Shown in pieces: positions 27,794-38,400 of a stretch of 40,867 bases of DNA. The notes under the pieces were generated by a model that saw nothing but the letters and a program-made list of their open reading frames with translations, made no database searches and was not told the origin of the DNA. How positions within the stretch are numbered: the first letter of the stretch is position 1; the number at the start of each line of letters is the position of its first letter. The translations under genes and the position numbers were made by a program. The stretch is from Candidatus Kapaibacterium sp. (GTDB lineage Bacteria > Bacteroidota > Ignavibacteria > Kapaibacteriales > UBA2268): NCBI GenBank assembly GCA_937936035.1, contig CALGXJ010000085.1, forward strand, positions 1 through 40,867, given 5' to 3'.

Positions 27794-28411
27794 ATGGAAA
27801 ATCGGGAAAATAACAACATATATTTTATAGCGTCAATTTTATTGATAATATTCGACCAATCCACCAAACTTGCTGTAAAGGGTTTCAACTTGTTCGGTTG
27901 GCAGCACCAAGGAATGTATTACGGGGAATCAATACCAATTTGGGGGACATTTCTTCAGCTTACGTATATCGAAAATCCCGGAATGGCTTTTGGAATAGAG
28001 TTTGGCTGGGGGAAGATTTTTTTAAGTTTATTTTCAATATTTGCCTCAATAGCACTTGGATATTATTTATACAAAATCACTTTTGCACACAAAGCAGTAA
28101 GAATTGGGATAAGCCTTGTATTTGCAGGAGCAGTCGGGAATTTAATCGACAGAGTGTTTTACGGTGTTTTTTATGGAACTCAGCCACTATTTTACGGGCA
28201 CGTAGTAGATTTCATACAAGTGGATATACCGGATATAAACATAATGGGCGTAAATTACACACACTTCCCCATTTTCAATATTGCAGATAGTTGCGTTACC
28301 TGCGGAATTATTCTGCTAATATTATTTCACAATAAATTACCTGGAATAAAGGAAATACTTGGGAAAAAATCGGCAACAGAGGACTTGCAGAAAGGCAATG
28401 CAGGCGAATAA
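27794..28411 (+). CDS. lspA: Lipoprotein signal peptidase II
   Basis: DQSTK, NPGMAFG, GAVGNLIDR, VVDFI and FNIADS. Confidence 0.95.
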   Translation: MENRENNNIYFIASILLIIFDQSTKLAVKGFNLFGWQHQGMYYGESIPIWGTFLQLTYIENPGMAFGIEFGWGKIFLSLFSIFASIALGYYLYKITFAHKAVRIGISLVFAGAVGNLIDRVFYGVFYGTQPLFYGHVVDFIQVDIPDINIMGVNYTHFPIFNIADSCVTCGIILLILFHNKLPGIKEILGKKSATEDLQKGNAGE

Positions 28412-29471
28412 TAATTATCCCGACAAAATAAAGACAATCTATAAATTCACTATTACCTCCGGGCAGAAGCCAGAGCGCGTAGATGTGTTTTTGACCCGGG
28501 CAATTGCAGGAGCAACCCGCAACCGTGTGCAGAAAGCCATCGATGCAGAGTGCGTCCGTATCAACGGCAATCCAGTTAAAGCAAGTCGGAAAATTCAACC
28601 GGGTGACGAAGTTGAATGCGTTATAATGAAACTTCCGCCAATTGAACTAATTCCAGAGCCAATTAAGATTGAAATCGTATATGAAGACGAACACCTTGTA
28701 GTGGTAAATAAGCAACGTGGGCTGGTTGTTCATCCATCGATCGGGCACAGGAGCGGTACTCTTATCAATGCTTTGCTATATCATTTGGGGATGCGAGAAG
28801 CAATTAAGCTGGAACTCGAAGACGAGGACGAAGAATCTGACAACGACGACGACGAGCAAATTTTTGCGAGCGACGCTGTTCGCCCGGGATTAGTCCATAG
28901 AATAGACAAAGACACTTCCGGGCTGCTTGTCGTCGCCAAAAATGCTACTATCCACGCAGAACTTTCCCGGCAATTTGCCGAAAAAACAACCGAACGCGAA
29001 TATCAGGCAATAATCTGGGGCAATCCAAAGCAAGAGAAAGGAACAATAGTAGGCAATATAGGACGTTCGCTCAAAAATCGGAAGATTTTCACTATTCTTC
29101 CAAAAGGTGGAAAATACGCAAAAACTGATTACGAAGTGCTTGAAAATTTTAAATACGTATCGCTTGCACGGTTTGTACTGCACACGGGACGCACACACCA
29201 AATACGCGTTCATTCTCACTATATCGGGCATCCCATTTTCGGGGACCCAACCTATGGCGGGGCGTCTGTTTTATTTGGAGGAGAGAACCCAAAATTTCGT
29301 TCCAGAGCGGAAAAATGCCTGCAAATTGCAAACGAGCGTCAGATATTGCACGCGAAAACGCTAGGGTTTTACCACCCAGCGTTGAAGCAATTTATGCGTT
29401 TCGATAGTGAGCTCCCGGAGGACTTCCGGCAAATTCTGGAATTATTCAGGGAAGTCAGTTTTGATTATTGA
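28398..29471 (+). CDS. rluD: RluA-family 23S rRNA pseudouridine synthase (RluD-like)
   Basis: S4 domain, VVNK..GLVVHP, HRIDKDTSG, TGRTHQIRVH and GDPTY. It follows lspA, a common arrangement. ATG 28398 is preferred. Confidence 0.9.
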   Translation: MQANNNYPDKIKTIYKFTITSGQKPERVDVFLTRAIAGATRNRVQKAIDAECVRINGNPVKASRKIQPGDEVECVIMKLPPIELIPEPIKIEIVYEDEHLVVVNKQRGLVVHPSIGHRSGTLINALLYHLGMREAIKLELEDEDEESDNDDDEQIFASDAVRPGLVHRIDKDTSGLLVVAKNATIHAELSRQFAEKTTEREYQAIIWGNPKQEKGTIVGNIGRSLKNRKIFTILPKGGKYAKTDYEVLENFKYVSLARFVLHTGRTHQIRVHSHYIGHPIFGDPTYGGASVLFGGENPKFRSRAEKCLQIANERQILHAKTLGFYHPALKQFMRFDSELPEDFRQILELFREVSFDY

Positions 29472-30658
29472 TCAGGACAGTTTGGGAATTTAATTGTAAA
29501 TTTACTTCCTTCGCCAAGTTTGCTCTCAGCAAAAATTTCGCCATTCATTTTTTCAACAAATTCTTTGCAGATAACAAGTCCGAGCCCTGTTCCAACTTCC
29601 TTATTTGTTCCAAGCTTAGAATGAGTTTTATCTAATTTAAATAGGTTATCTAAAGTATCATCATCCATACCAACTCCGTTGTCCTCTACGGTAATATATG
29701 AGAAATCATCATCTACACGGCAACTGACAGAGATTTTACCACCATAGTTTGTGAATTTAACAGCATTGGAAAGGAGATTTCGAAGAATCGTTGATAGCAG
29801 ATTATTATCGCAGCAAACAGATACGTTGCAATCTTCGGAGAGACTGAGTGTGATTTTTTTCATTGTTATTTGAGAGGATACATCGCTTGCAGATAATTTA
29901 ATAATATCCGACAAATTATGTTTATCAATATTTACCGAAAATTTATTTAACTGCGAACGAGACCACGTGAGCAGATTTTCGAGCAACTTATACGTGTGCG
30001 AAGATGACTGCTCAATTTCATTAATAATATCAATAATATCTTCTTTGCTGAATTGCTCAATATTATCTTTAAGAATTTTAACAAGTTTATATTGTGCAGA
30101 GATTGGATTTATTAAATCGTGAGCAATAATGGAAAAGAATTTGTCTTTTGTAGAGTTTAACTGCTCTAATTTTTTTGTATATTCTTTCAGTTTTTCTTCG
30201 GCTTCGATACGACGATTTAATTCATCAATAGATTGGTTTTTAATAATTCTATATTGCTTAACTTTGTTGAACAAAGTAGCAACATTTTCTATTGCAATAA
30301 TGACATTATAAGATCCAGTTTCATTAGTTGGGATTGACAAAAGAGTAACAGTTTGAGCCTGGTAGTTGCCCTCGTTGTCTTTTATTGGGATGAAATATTC
30401 ATTAAGCATTGGTGAAAGCACCATCGGCGGGCGTCCGGAAAACATCAACTGCAATCTTGACTTATATTTAGGGGTTTTCAAATGTGGGAATAATTCAAAA
30501 ATATTTTTAAAAATAACATCTTCACGATGAATATTTGTCCAGGCTTCGAGAGTTCTATTCCAGAAAATAATATTGAAATTACTATTGATTATGCAAATAC
30601 CGATTGGGATATGGTCGTAAGCGATGAAAGGATTTTCGTAATAAATATCTTTGAGCAT
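29465..30658 (-). CDS. PAS-domain sensor histidine kinase (cytoplasmic)
   Basis: N-terminal PAS (PIGICII..IIFWN); KDKFFSIIAHDLINP; NLLSNAVKFT, DNGVG and GTGLGL. Confidence 0.92.
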   Translation of the reverse strand: MLKDIYYENPFIAYDHIPIGICIINSNFNIIFWNRTLEAWTNIHREDVIFKNIFELFPHLKTPKYKSRLQLMFSGRPPMVLSPMLNEYFIPIKDNEGNYQAQTVTLLSIPTNETGSYNVIIAIENVATLFNKVKQYRIIKNQSIDELNRRIEAEEKLKEYTKKLEQLNSTKDKFFSIIAHDLINPISAQYKLVKILKDNIEQFSKEDIIDIINEIEQSSSHTYKLLENLLTWSRSQLNKFSVNIDKHNLSDIIKLSASDVSSQITMKKITLSLSEDCNVSVCCDNNLLSTILRNLLSNAVKFTNYGGKISVSCRVDDDFSYITVEDNGVGMDDDTLDNLFKLDKTHSKLGTNKEVGTGLGLVICKEFVEKMNGEIFAESKLGEGSKFTIKFPNCPDQ

Positions 30659-30676
30659 AGTATCACAGAATAATGT

Positions 30677-31291
30677 TTAACTGATTTTATTAATATATTG
30701 GTCAATAATACTTACGAAGTATTGGAAGGAATGAATATTGAAGAAGAGAATAATGTCACCAGATATTTCTAGCTCTTTGATTACAAATATTGCTTTTCCG
30801 AGAAGAACAACTTCATCAACAAATTTTAGCCGTTGTTCGAAAAATTCTTTTTTGTAGTTTTCAAAAAATACAGGCACATAGAATTCGAACTCGTGCTCAA
30901 GAGAATTACTGAAAGTAGCAAGAATAGTATTGAGAATAATATTTCCGATCTCTACCAGAGCACCAGCCTTGATTTCATCAAATTCATACGAATCGAGCAC
31001 CTGACGCGAGAATACATCTACTAATTTATTCGCACTCTCTTGCGAAAATACAAGCTGCGAAATACCAGAAAAACTATTGTGAAATTCCATATTTACAGCT
31101 GAATAATCTTCCTTTCCTAAATCTTGCAATTCTTCGATAAGTCGGTCGGAAGAAATTATTCTGATTTTTGGAATAGAGAGCTCAATCTCGACATTTAGAA
31201 TATCGCTAAGAATATTGGTGCTTTCATTTACTCCGATATTAAGAAGTTCAAGAATGGCTTCCTGTTGAATCAGCGTAAGATCATAGTTCAT
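30677..31291 (-). CDS. CheC-family phosphatase-like protein
   Basis: Two E-x-x-N motifs (ELLNIG, EIGNII) and IELSIP. Confidence 0.85.
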   Translation of the reverse strand: MNYDLTLIQQEAILELLNIGVNESTNILSDILNVEIELSIPKIRIISSDRLIEELQDLGKEDYSAVNMEFHNSFSGISQLVFSQESANKLVDVFSRQVLDSYEFDEIKAGALVEIGNIILNTILATFSNSLEHEFEFYVPVFFENYKKEFFEQRLKFVDEVVLLGKAIFVIKELEISGDIILFFNIHSFQYFVSIIDQYINKIS

Positions 31292-31293
31292 AG

Positions 31294-31671
31294 CTAACCT
31301 CCACAGGACGAAAATGCTTTTTCGATAGCGTCGAACAATTCCTGTTCTGCCACTTGTTTTTTCAAAACGGCTACAACACCAAGCTCATAGAATTTGTCTA
31401 AAATAGATTTCTGTTGATTTGCAGAAATAACTATAATAGGAGTGTTAATGCCCATTTCGCGTAAAATTTTGATTGTGGTAATTCCATTGATGCCCGGCAT
31501 AAGATAATCGACAAGAATGCAGTCAAATTGCTCATTTTTTAGTAAACTGACAGCTTCTGTCCCACTACTTACTTCTTTGACTGAAGTGAATTTTTTTGAT
31601 AGAATTTTTCGAATTGCCATCCGGGCAACTATGGAATCATCAACTATCAATATTTTTTTGTTGTTCTCCAT
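31294..31671 (-). CDS. Single-domain response regulator
   Basis: ILIVDDS, LVDYLMPGING, VISA and LKK. Confidence 0.92.
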   Translation of the reverse strand: MENNKKILIVDDSIVARMAIRKILSKKFTSVKEVSSGTEAVSLLKNEQFDCILVDYLMPGINGITTIKILREMGINTPIIVISANQQKSILDKFYELGVVAVLKKQVAEQELFDAIEKAFSSCGG

Positions 31672-31681
31672 AGAAAGCCTT

Positions 31682-32971
31682 TTATTTTTTTATTTCCCAA
31701 TAAATTTCTTTGCGCAATTTTTGAATAAAGTCATTATATATTTTCATTTTTTTATGGTCAAGGGCAATACTGTTAATATAATCATAATCCTGTTCAATAG
31801 TAGCAAAATGCTCTGGGATAGTTGATTTTTTGTAAATTATATGGAAAGCAGGCTTATTTTGGACTAAATTATACGGAAGAGGTTCTGAAATACCTCCATC
31901 TTTAAGTTTAGTGATTTGTTCGCGAAAATTGGATGGAATTTCTTTTATTGGCAACCTACCAATAAGACCTCCGAAACCGCGTGTTTCTTTGTCGTCGGAG
32001 TGCAGGCGAGCAATCTCCGAGAAATTATTATTTTCTATTGCAACTAAACGAAGCGAGTCCAAAAAAGCACGGGTGCGTTCATAATCTTCTGTTGATTGCG
32101 AAATTTTGAATAAAATATGACGAGCGTGAATAGCATCCTTCTTTTTTTCTACAACTTGAATCAGATGAAACCCGAATGGAGTTTCAACCGGGCGCGAAAT
32201 ATCTCCGGGTTCGAGCGAAAATGCAGCATTTTCGAACTCAGGGAAGAACTTACCACGAGCGACCCAGCCCAAATCGCCCCCTTTCGAAGAGGTGGCAAAA
32301 TCCTGACTATAGCGGGCAGCAAAGCCTTCGAAATCTCCCAGCCGCAGAATAGAATCTCTTACAATTCGAGCAAGTTCAAAAGTTCGTTTCTTTTCGTCAA
32401 GTTGGACGTCTACGTTTTTTACAAGATGATATATTTCATATGTTTCTGGCACTTTAGGTATAGAATCGCGATAAGATTTGTAGAATTCTTCAACTTCTTT
32501 TGGAGTAATTGAAACATTTCCTATGAGTTGCTGAACAAGGTTAGCAGAAAGTAATTTATTTCGAATATCGTCGCGTAATTCAAATTTAATCCTATTTATT
32601 GATTTCTTATAAACTTGCTCCACTCTATCTTCTGAACCGAATTGCTGAAGCAGGGTTTGCAGAAATGCCTGCCAGCGAGCTTCGATTTGTTCATCAGTAA
32701 CAACTATAGAGTCTTCAATTGCCTTTGTGATAAGCAATTTTTCGTTTATCAGAGCATCAAGTAGTTCCTGAAAAAGCTGAGGGTCGTTAGGATTAACCCG
32801 TGGATCCTGCTGAGCCATCATAAGAAGTTGCCCCCGAACGTCGCTAAGCAAAATCACCTCGTTGCCAACGACTGCCAGCACTTTGTCCATCGTTTCGCCT
32901 CGGGAAATCTGGGTTTGTGCAAATTGTGAACTAATAATCAGAAAGCATATAAACAACAGTATTTTTTTCAT
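31682..32971 (-). CDS. surA: SurA-like parvulin peptidyl-prolyl isomerase
   Basis: Signal peptide; DKVLAVVGNEVILLSD; two rotamase domains (YSQD..GGDLGW..PEFE..ETPFGFHLI; ARHIL..HSDD..GGLIG). Confidence 0.85.
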   Translation of the reverse strand: MKKILLFICFLIISSQFAQTQISRGETMDKVLAVVGNEVILLSDVRGQLLMMAQQDPRVNPNDPQLFQELLDALINEKLLITKAIEDSIVVTDEQIEARWQAFLQTLLQQFGSEDRVEQVYKKSINRIKFELRDDIRNKLLSANLVQQLIGNVSITPKEVEEFYKSYRDSIPKVPETYEIYHLVKNVDVQLDEKKRTFELARIVRDSILRLGDFEGFAARYSQDFATSSKGGDLGWVARGKFFPEFENAAFSLEPGDISRPVETPFGFHLIQVVEKKKDAIHARHILFKISQSTEDYERTRAFLDSLRLVAIENNNFSEIARLHSDDKETRGFGGLIGRLPIKEIPSNFREQITKLKDGGISEPLPYNLVQNKPAFHIIYKKSTIPEHFATIEQDYDYINSIALDHKKMKIYNDFIQKLRKEIYWEIKK

Positions 32972-33075
32972 ACTAAGCACAAAAAATATTGAAAATAAAT
33001 AAAATATAATTTATAACAAATAAACGATAAATTCAAATTTATGACGTATTAATTCAATAAAAAAGTCGAGAATAA

Positions 33076-35169
33076 TTAACTATTTCTATTATTTGTCAAT
33101 AAATATTCCTGCACAGAGAAAGGTTTAGCTCCTTTCGACGGTGTGATTTTTTCGTAAGAACCATCTGGTAGCAACTTCCACGATTTAGTATTGTCCTTCC
33201 AATAAAGATTAAGAAGTTCAGTCAGTTGTTTTTTTATTTGAGTTTGATAAACGGGGAACATAATTTCAACTCTGCGGTGCAAGTTGCGGGTCATCCAGTC
33301 GGCACTTGACAGGTAGACTTCTTCGTTGCCACCATTTTTGAAGTAAAACACACGGCTATGCTCCAAGAAACGACCGAGAATAGAACGAACTTCGATATTT
33401 TCGCTAATGTTTGGAACGCCGGGCTTCAAACAGCACACTCCACGACAAATAAGATGGATTTTGACACCTTTTGAAGATGCTTTGTAAAGTTCCGCAATAA
33501 CTTCTTTTTGAGCAATTTGGTTAAGTTTTGCAATAATAAGCCCGGGATTTTCAGGCGTATGTAGTTCGGCTTCGCGACGAATCAGAGAAATCAATTTTTT
33601 ATGTAGATTAATCGGAGCAACAGAAAAATGTTTCCAGTTGTCGTAGTGAGAATAACCGGTAAGGTAATTAAACAAATCAATAGCATCGTCGCCAAATTCA
33701 TCGTTAGAGGTAAACATAGCAATGTCTGTATAGATGCGAGCAGTAACTTGGTTGTAGTTACCGGTGGAGAGATGGAGGTATTTTTTTAATTTTCCGCCTT
33801 CACGGCGAACAATCAGAGCAATTTTGCAGTGGGTTTTTAGTCCCGGGACGCCATATACAACGTGTACACCTACATTTTCAAGTTCCTTTGCCCAGATAAT
33901 GTTGGATTCCTCGTCGAAACGAGCTTTAAGTTCGACAAAAGCAGTTACGTATTTCCCATTTTCTGCTGCGCGCTTGAGAGCCTCGACTATAGCGGAGTAT
34001 CGCCCAGTTCGATAGAGAGTAATCTTGATGGCGAGGACGTCTGGGTCGTCGGCAGCTTGATTTAAGAAACGCAAAGTGCTATTTGTAAATGAATCGTAGG
34101 GATGATGCACAAGCAAATCAGATTGGCGAATAGCTTCGAAAACACCTGGACCATCCTGCTTAAATTGCGGCAGATCCCGCGTAGAGAAAGGCTTATCTTT
34201 AATATCTTTAAGTTCGAGTTTGAGCAGTTCCATAAAATCGGGTAGATTAAGAGGACGATTAAGAGTATAAACGTCTGTTGGTTCCAGATCAAGTGATTTC
34301 ATAAGAATGTTTGCAACAAAATCGGGCATATTGGAATTAACTTCAAGGCGAACGGCTGCTCCTCCCCAGCGTCGTTGTTTTACTTGCTCTGCGATTTCGG
34401 AGAGCAAATCTTCGGCTTCGTCTTCTGCAATTTCTATATCGGCATCGCGGGTAACACGAAAAGTGTTAGACGAAAGTATAGTCATTCCCGGATAGAGTTG
34501 CTCGGCAAAAGCTCGAATAACCTGCTCAACCAAAATATAGTTGTGCTTTCGTTTCCCGTTGAGTGGAATAAATCTTGGCACAACAGAAGGAATTTGCAGG
34601 AATCCAATACGACGATCCTCATCATCAGCTAAATTATCCTGAAAAGCAAAAGCAATATTAAGGCTACGATTAATCAGTCGCGGGAAAGGATTAGCCGGAC
34701 CGAGAGTAAGCGGAGTAAGCACAGGCATAATATTTTCGCGGAAGTATTTTTCTAAATAAGATTTATCTTTTTCATCAAGTTCGTCAAAACGATGAAAAAC
34801 AACACCGTATTTACGCAGTTCTGGAAAAATTTCTTCGTTTAGCAGTTGTTCCTGCATCTGGTATAGCGGTAGCAGAGCGTTACGAATTTCTGTTAGCTGT
34901 TCGCGGGGAGTTTTGCCGTCGTAAGAGTATTCTATTACACCTTCGGCAATCTGGCTTTTGAGTCCTGCAACGCGAATCATAAAAAATTCGTCCATATTCG
35001 AACTAAAAATGCACACAAATTTAAGTCTTTCCAGCAGTGGGTGCTGGTTGCCAGAGGCTTCGAGCAGCACTTTGCGGTTAAATTCAATCAAGCTGAGTTC
35101 ACGATTTATATAATATTGCGGAGCAAAATAATCTATTTTATTTGTTTGGATTTTGTTTGGTTTATTCAT
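33076..35169 (-). CDS. ppk1: Polyphosphate kinase 1
   Basis: NRELSL.EFN, FSSNMDEFFMIRVAGL, HHPYDSF, ELKARFDE, KTHCK, GRFLEHSR and SADWMTRNL. Confidence 0.97.
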   Translation of the reverse strand: MNKPNKIQTNKIDYFAPQYYINRELSLIEFNRKVLLEASGNQHPLLERLKFVCIFSSNMDEFFMIRVAGLKSQIAEGVIEYSYDGKTPREQLTEIRNALLPLYQMQEQLLNEEIFPELRKYGVVFHRFDELDEKDKSYLEKYFRENIMPVLTPLTLGPANPFPRLINRSLNIAFAFQDNLADDEDRRIGFLQIPSVVPRFIPLNGKRKHNYILVEQVIRAFAEQLYPGMTILSSNTFRVTRDADIEIAEDEAEDLLSEIAEQVKQRRWGGAAVRLEVNSNMPDFVANILMKSLDLEPTDVYTLNRPLNLPDFMELLKLELKDIKDKPFSTRDLPQFKQDGPGVFEAIRQSDLLVHHPYDSFTNSTLRFLNQAADDPDVLAIKITLYRTGRYSAIVEALKRAAENGKYVTAFVELKARFDEESNIIWAKELENVGVHVVYGVPGLKTHCKIALIVRREGGKLKKYLHLSTGNYNQVTARIYTDIAMFTSNDEFGDDAIDLFNYLTGYSHYDNWKHFSVAPINLHKKLISLIRREAELHTPENPGLIIAKLNQIAQKEVIAELYKASSKGVKIHLICRGVCCLKPGVPNISENIEVRSILGRFLEHSRVFYFKNGGNEEVYLSSADWMTRNLHRRVEIMFPVYQTQIKKQLTELLNLYWKDNTKSWKLLPDGSYEKITPSKGAKPFSVQEYLLTNNRNS

Positions 35170-35413
35170 TGTGCTTCCTACTAAATTGCAAATAAACTAT
35201 TTAAATTAATATTAATATTTCGAAAAATCAAGCAATTATAGGTAAATATTGTAAATTTACTTTTGAAAAGGAAATCAATTGCAAGCAATTTATTTTTACC
35301 ATAATAGAAATTCAGTATTTTTTCTTAATGATTTAATGATTAGTAATGGTTAATTTAAATGCAATATAATACTAACAACAAAGTCAATAATTGAAAAACC
35401 ATTACAAAAAACT

Positions 35414-38400
35414 ATGAAAGAAAACTCATTAAAAATAATAGCCGACAACATTGCTGATTGGATATATTGGATAAACAAAGAAGGAAAAGTAATTTTTTAT
35501 TCTAAATCAATCGAGCAGCTTACTGAATATACCTTAGATGAGATATCCGCAAATGAGAATTTTTTAATTAGTATCGTTTATGATGAAGATAAAGAAAAAT
35601 TTACTGAACACATCAAAACAGCATATTCTGAAAATCCAGACACTTTTGAGTTAGAATTCAGAATTGTTACAAAAAGCGGGCAGATTAAAACAATTTCGCA
35701 TATATGCAAGCCAATCTACGAAAATGATAAGTATATTGGCAGAATTGCCGACAATCGAGATATTACAACTCAAAAATCCCAATCAGAAACTATTTTATCT
35801 GAAAAGAAAAGATTTGATTTATATATGGATAATATTTTGGATGTGCTTTGGGAAGTTGATGAAAATTTCATTGTAAAATATCTTTCATCGGCATTTGAGA
35901 GGCTTTCTGGTTTGCCTTGCAAAGAAGCAATTGAAAAATCCGTATTTGAATTATTGAACATTTCCGAAGGAAGTGAACCGTTCAATTTTTTAATAAATAG
36001 ACGCAATGCTTTCTACGAAAAGGGAATTATCGAAGATGCAATTTTTGAAGTCCCATTTTCTAATAAAGAAGGCAGAATAATTTGGTTTGAAGTATCTTCT
36101 CGACCTGTGATTAAGGACAATATTTTAATGGGTTTTGTCGGTGTTGCAAGAGATATTACAATACGTAAAAATCATCTAACAAAACTGGAAACAATCACAG
36201 ATATTATCGAAAACAGTATTCTGGAATTTGATATTGTAAACCGGAACATCAATTTTAATAATAAGTTCTATCAAATGCTGGGATATACGCCCGATGAATT
36301 TGAAAACAGTATAGAAAATATGATTGAACATATTCACATAGATGACAGAGAAAAAGTATCAAGGTCTATTCAGGAATTAATATCTAAAAAAATAGTTAAG
36401 TTTAGTCACGAATATAGGATGAAGACAAAAGATGGAAATTGGAAATGGTTGAAATGCAACGGTAAAATAACTGAATGGGACAAAGAAGGCAGCCCGACAA
36501 AAATTATTGCTGCTCATATAGATATTGATAAAGAAAAACGCCTTCAAGAAGAGAAACTACTGCTTCTTAGTTCTGCTATCAGTGCGACTTCTGAGAGTGT
36601 TGTAATTACGGACGTTCGAGGCAATATACAATATGCAAACCCAGCATTTACCGAGCTAACACAATATTCTTTAGAAGAAGCAATAGGAAAAAATCCGAGA
36701 GAGCTCGTTAATTCCGGCGAGCAGAATAAAGAATTTTACAAAACAATGTGGAGAACCATAGCAAACGGCAAAACCTGGAAAGGTGAAATTATCAACAGGC
36801 GAAAAGATGGCTCCAAATATGTAGAATTTTTAACAATAACACCGGTTAAAAATGATCGAGGGGAGATCATTAATTATGTTGCAATAAAGCGTGATATTTC
36901 ATATGAGCGAGAGTTAATAAAAGAGCTTAACAAAATAAATTCTGAATTACAAGCAATTTATGATAGTTCACCTGTTCTGATAAGTTTGCTTGATAGAAGC
37001 TCGAGAATTGTCTACGCCAACAAAACAACGACTGACTTTTTGGGAATACCGCTTGAAGAACTAATCAACAAGCGGGCTTGTGGTTGTTTTGGTTGTATAC
37101 ACGAGAATGATTCTGAGCTTGGATGTGGATTCGGACCAAATTGCGCCGAATGCCATCTGAATAAAGCAATTCAAAAAACGTTTGAAACTAAGCAAAGCCT
37201 TACCGGAATAGAACACGAAGCCAAATTGATGGTAAATGGGTTCCTGCGAGAATACACATTTCTGGCTACAACCTCATTTATACAATCCGGTAGTAGTCAA
37301 TATGTATTATTAAACTTGCTTGATATAACAGAAAAGAAAATAAGCGAGAAATTACTTGAACAAAGCTACAAAACATTCAGAACTTATATCCAGTCTGCAC
37401 CTATGGGGATTGTTTCTATTGGGAGAGATGGCAAAATACGTGGATGCAACCGGGCATTTCAGGAACTACTCAAAACATCGGAAGAAAATCTACTCGATAG
37501 AAATATTCTTTATTATATTTTCCAGAGGCAAGATCTGCTAATTGATACAATTGCACATCTAAATGGAGAAAATCAAAAAATAGAAGTGATAATGCAAGAT
37601 GCTAATGAAAAGATATTCTGGGCAAAAATTTCTGCTGTATTATTAAATGATGATGAAATTTTATGTTTTATTGAAGATGTCGACAATAAAAAGCGAGCCG
37701 AAGAAGAGCAACGAGCATTGTTAGACGCATTAAGACTTTCGAACCAAAAGATAGAACAGACTTTGCAGGAAAAAGATAAATTAATAAAAGAACTTGAAGA
37801 AACTCAAAAACGACTTCAGGGAACCATATCTGCAAAAGATAAGTTTTTCTCAATTATTTCTCACGATTTACGAGGACCTTTCAGTGGATTTTTGGGGCTA
37901 ACAGATATGATGGCAAAAGATATGGAAGATTTGTCGTTGCGAGAACTTAGAAAAATGTCGCAAGCTATATACAAATCAGCGAATTCAGTATATAAACTAC
38001 TTGATGATTTATTGCAATGGTCCCGCTTACAGCTTGGGAAAATACCATATAATCCTGAAACAATTACATTAAAGGAAATCGTCAATAATTCTCTATATAC
38101 TTTAAGAGAACTTGCCAATAATAAAGAAATAAATCTATCTATTGATGTGCCTGATGATTTTGCAGTTTATTGCGACAGGAATATGATAACAGGAGTAATC
38201 CGGAATCTCGTAACGAACGGTATAAAATTTACTCACCGTGGTGGTAGAATTAAAATATTTATTAATCAAGTGGAAGGAGACTTTGCTGAAATTGCAGTCG
38301 AAGACAATGGAGTAGGTATCCCTAACGAGATACAAGATAAAATATTTAGGTTAGATTCGCAAGTTTCAACAAAAGGAACAGAACAGGAAACGGGTTCGGG

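Noticed and set aside
37142-37156. CAECH as a c-type haem (CxxCH) site
   Set aside because: The protein has no signal peptide or TM segment, and haem c attachment is extracytoplasmic. It is treated as part of a Cys cluster instead.
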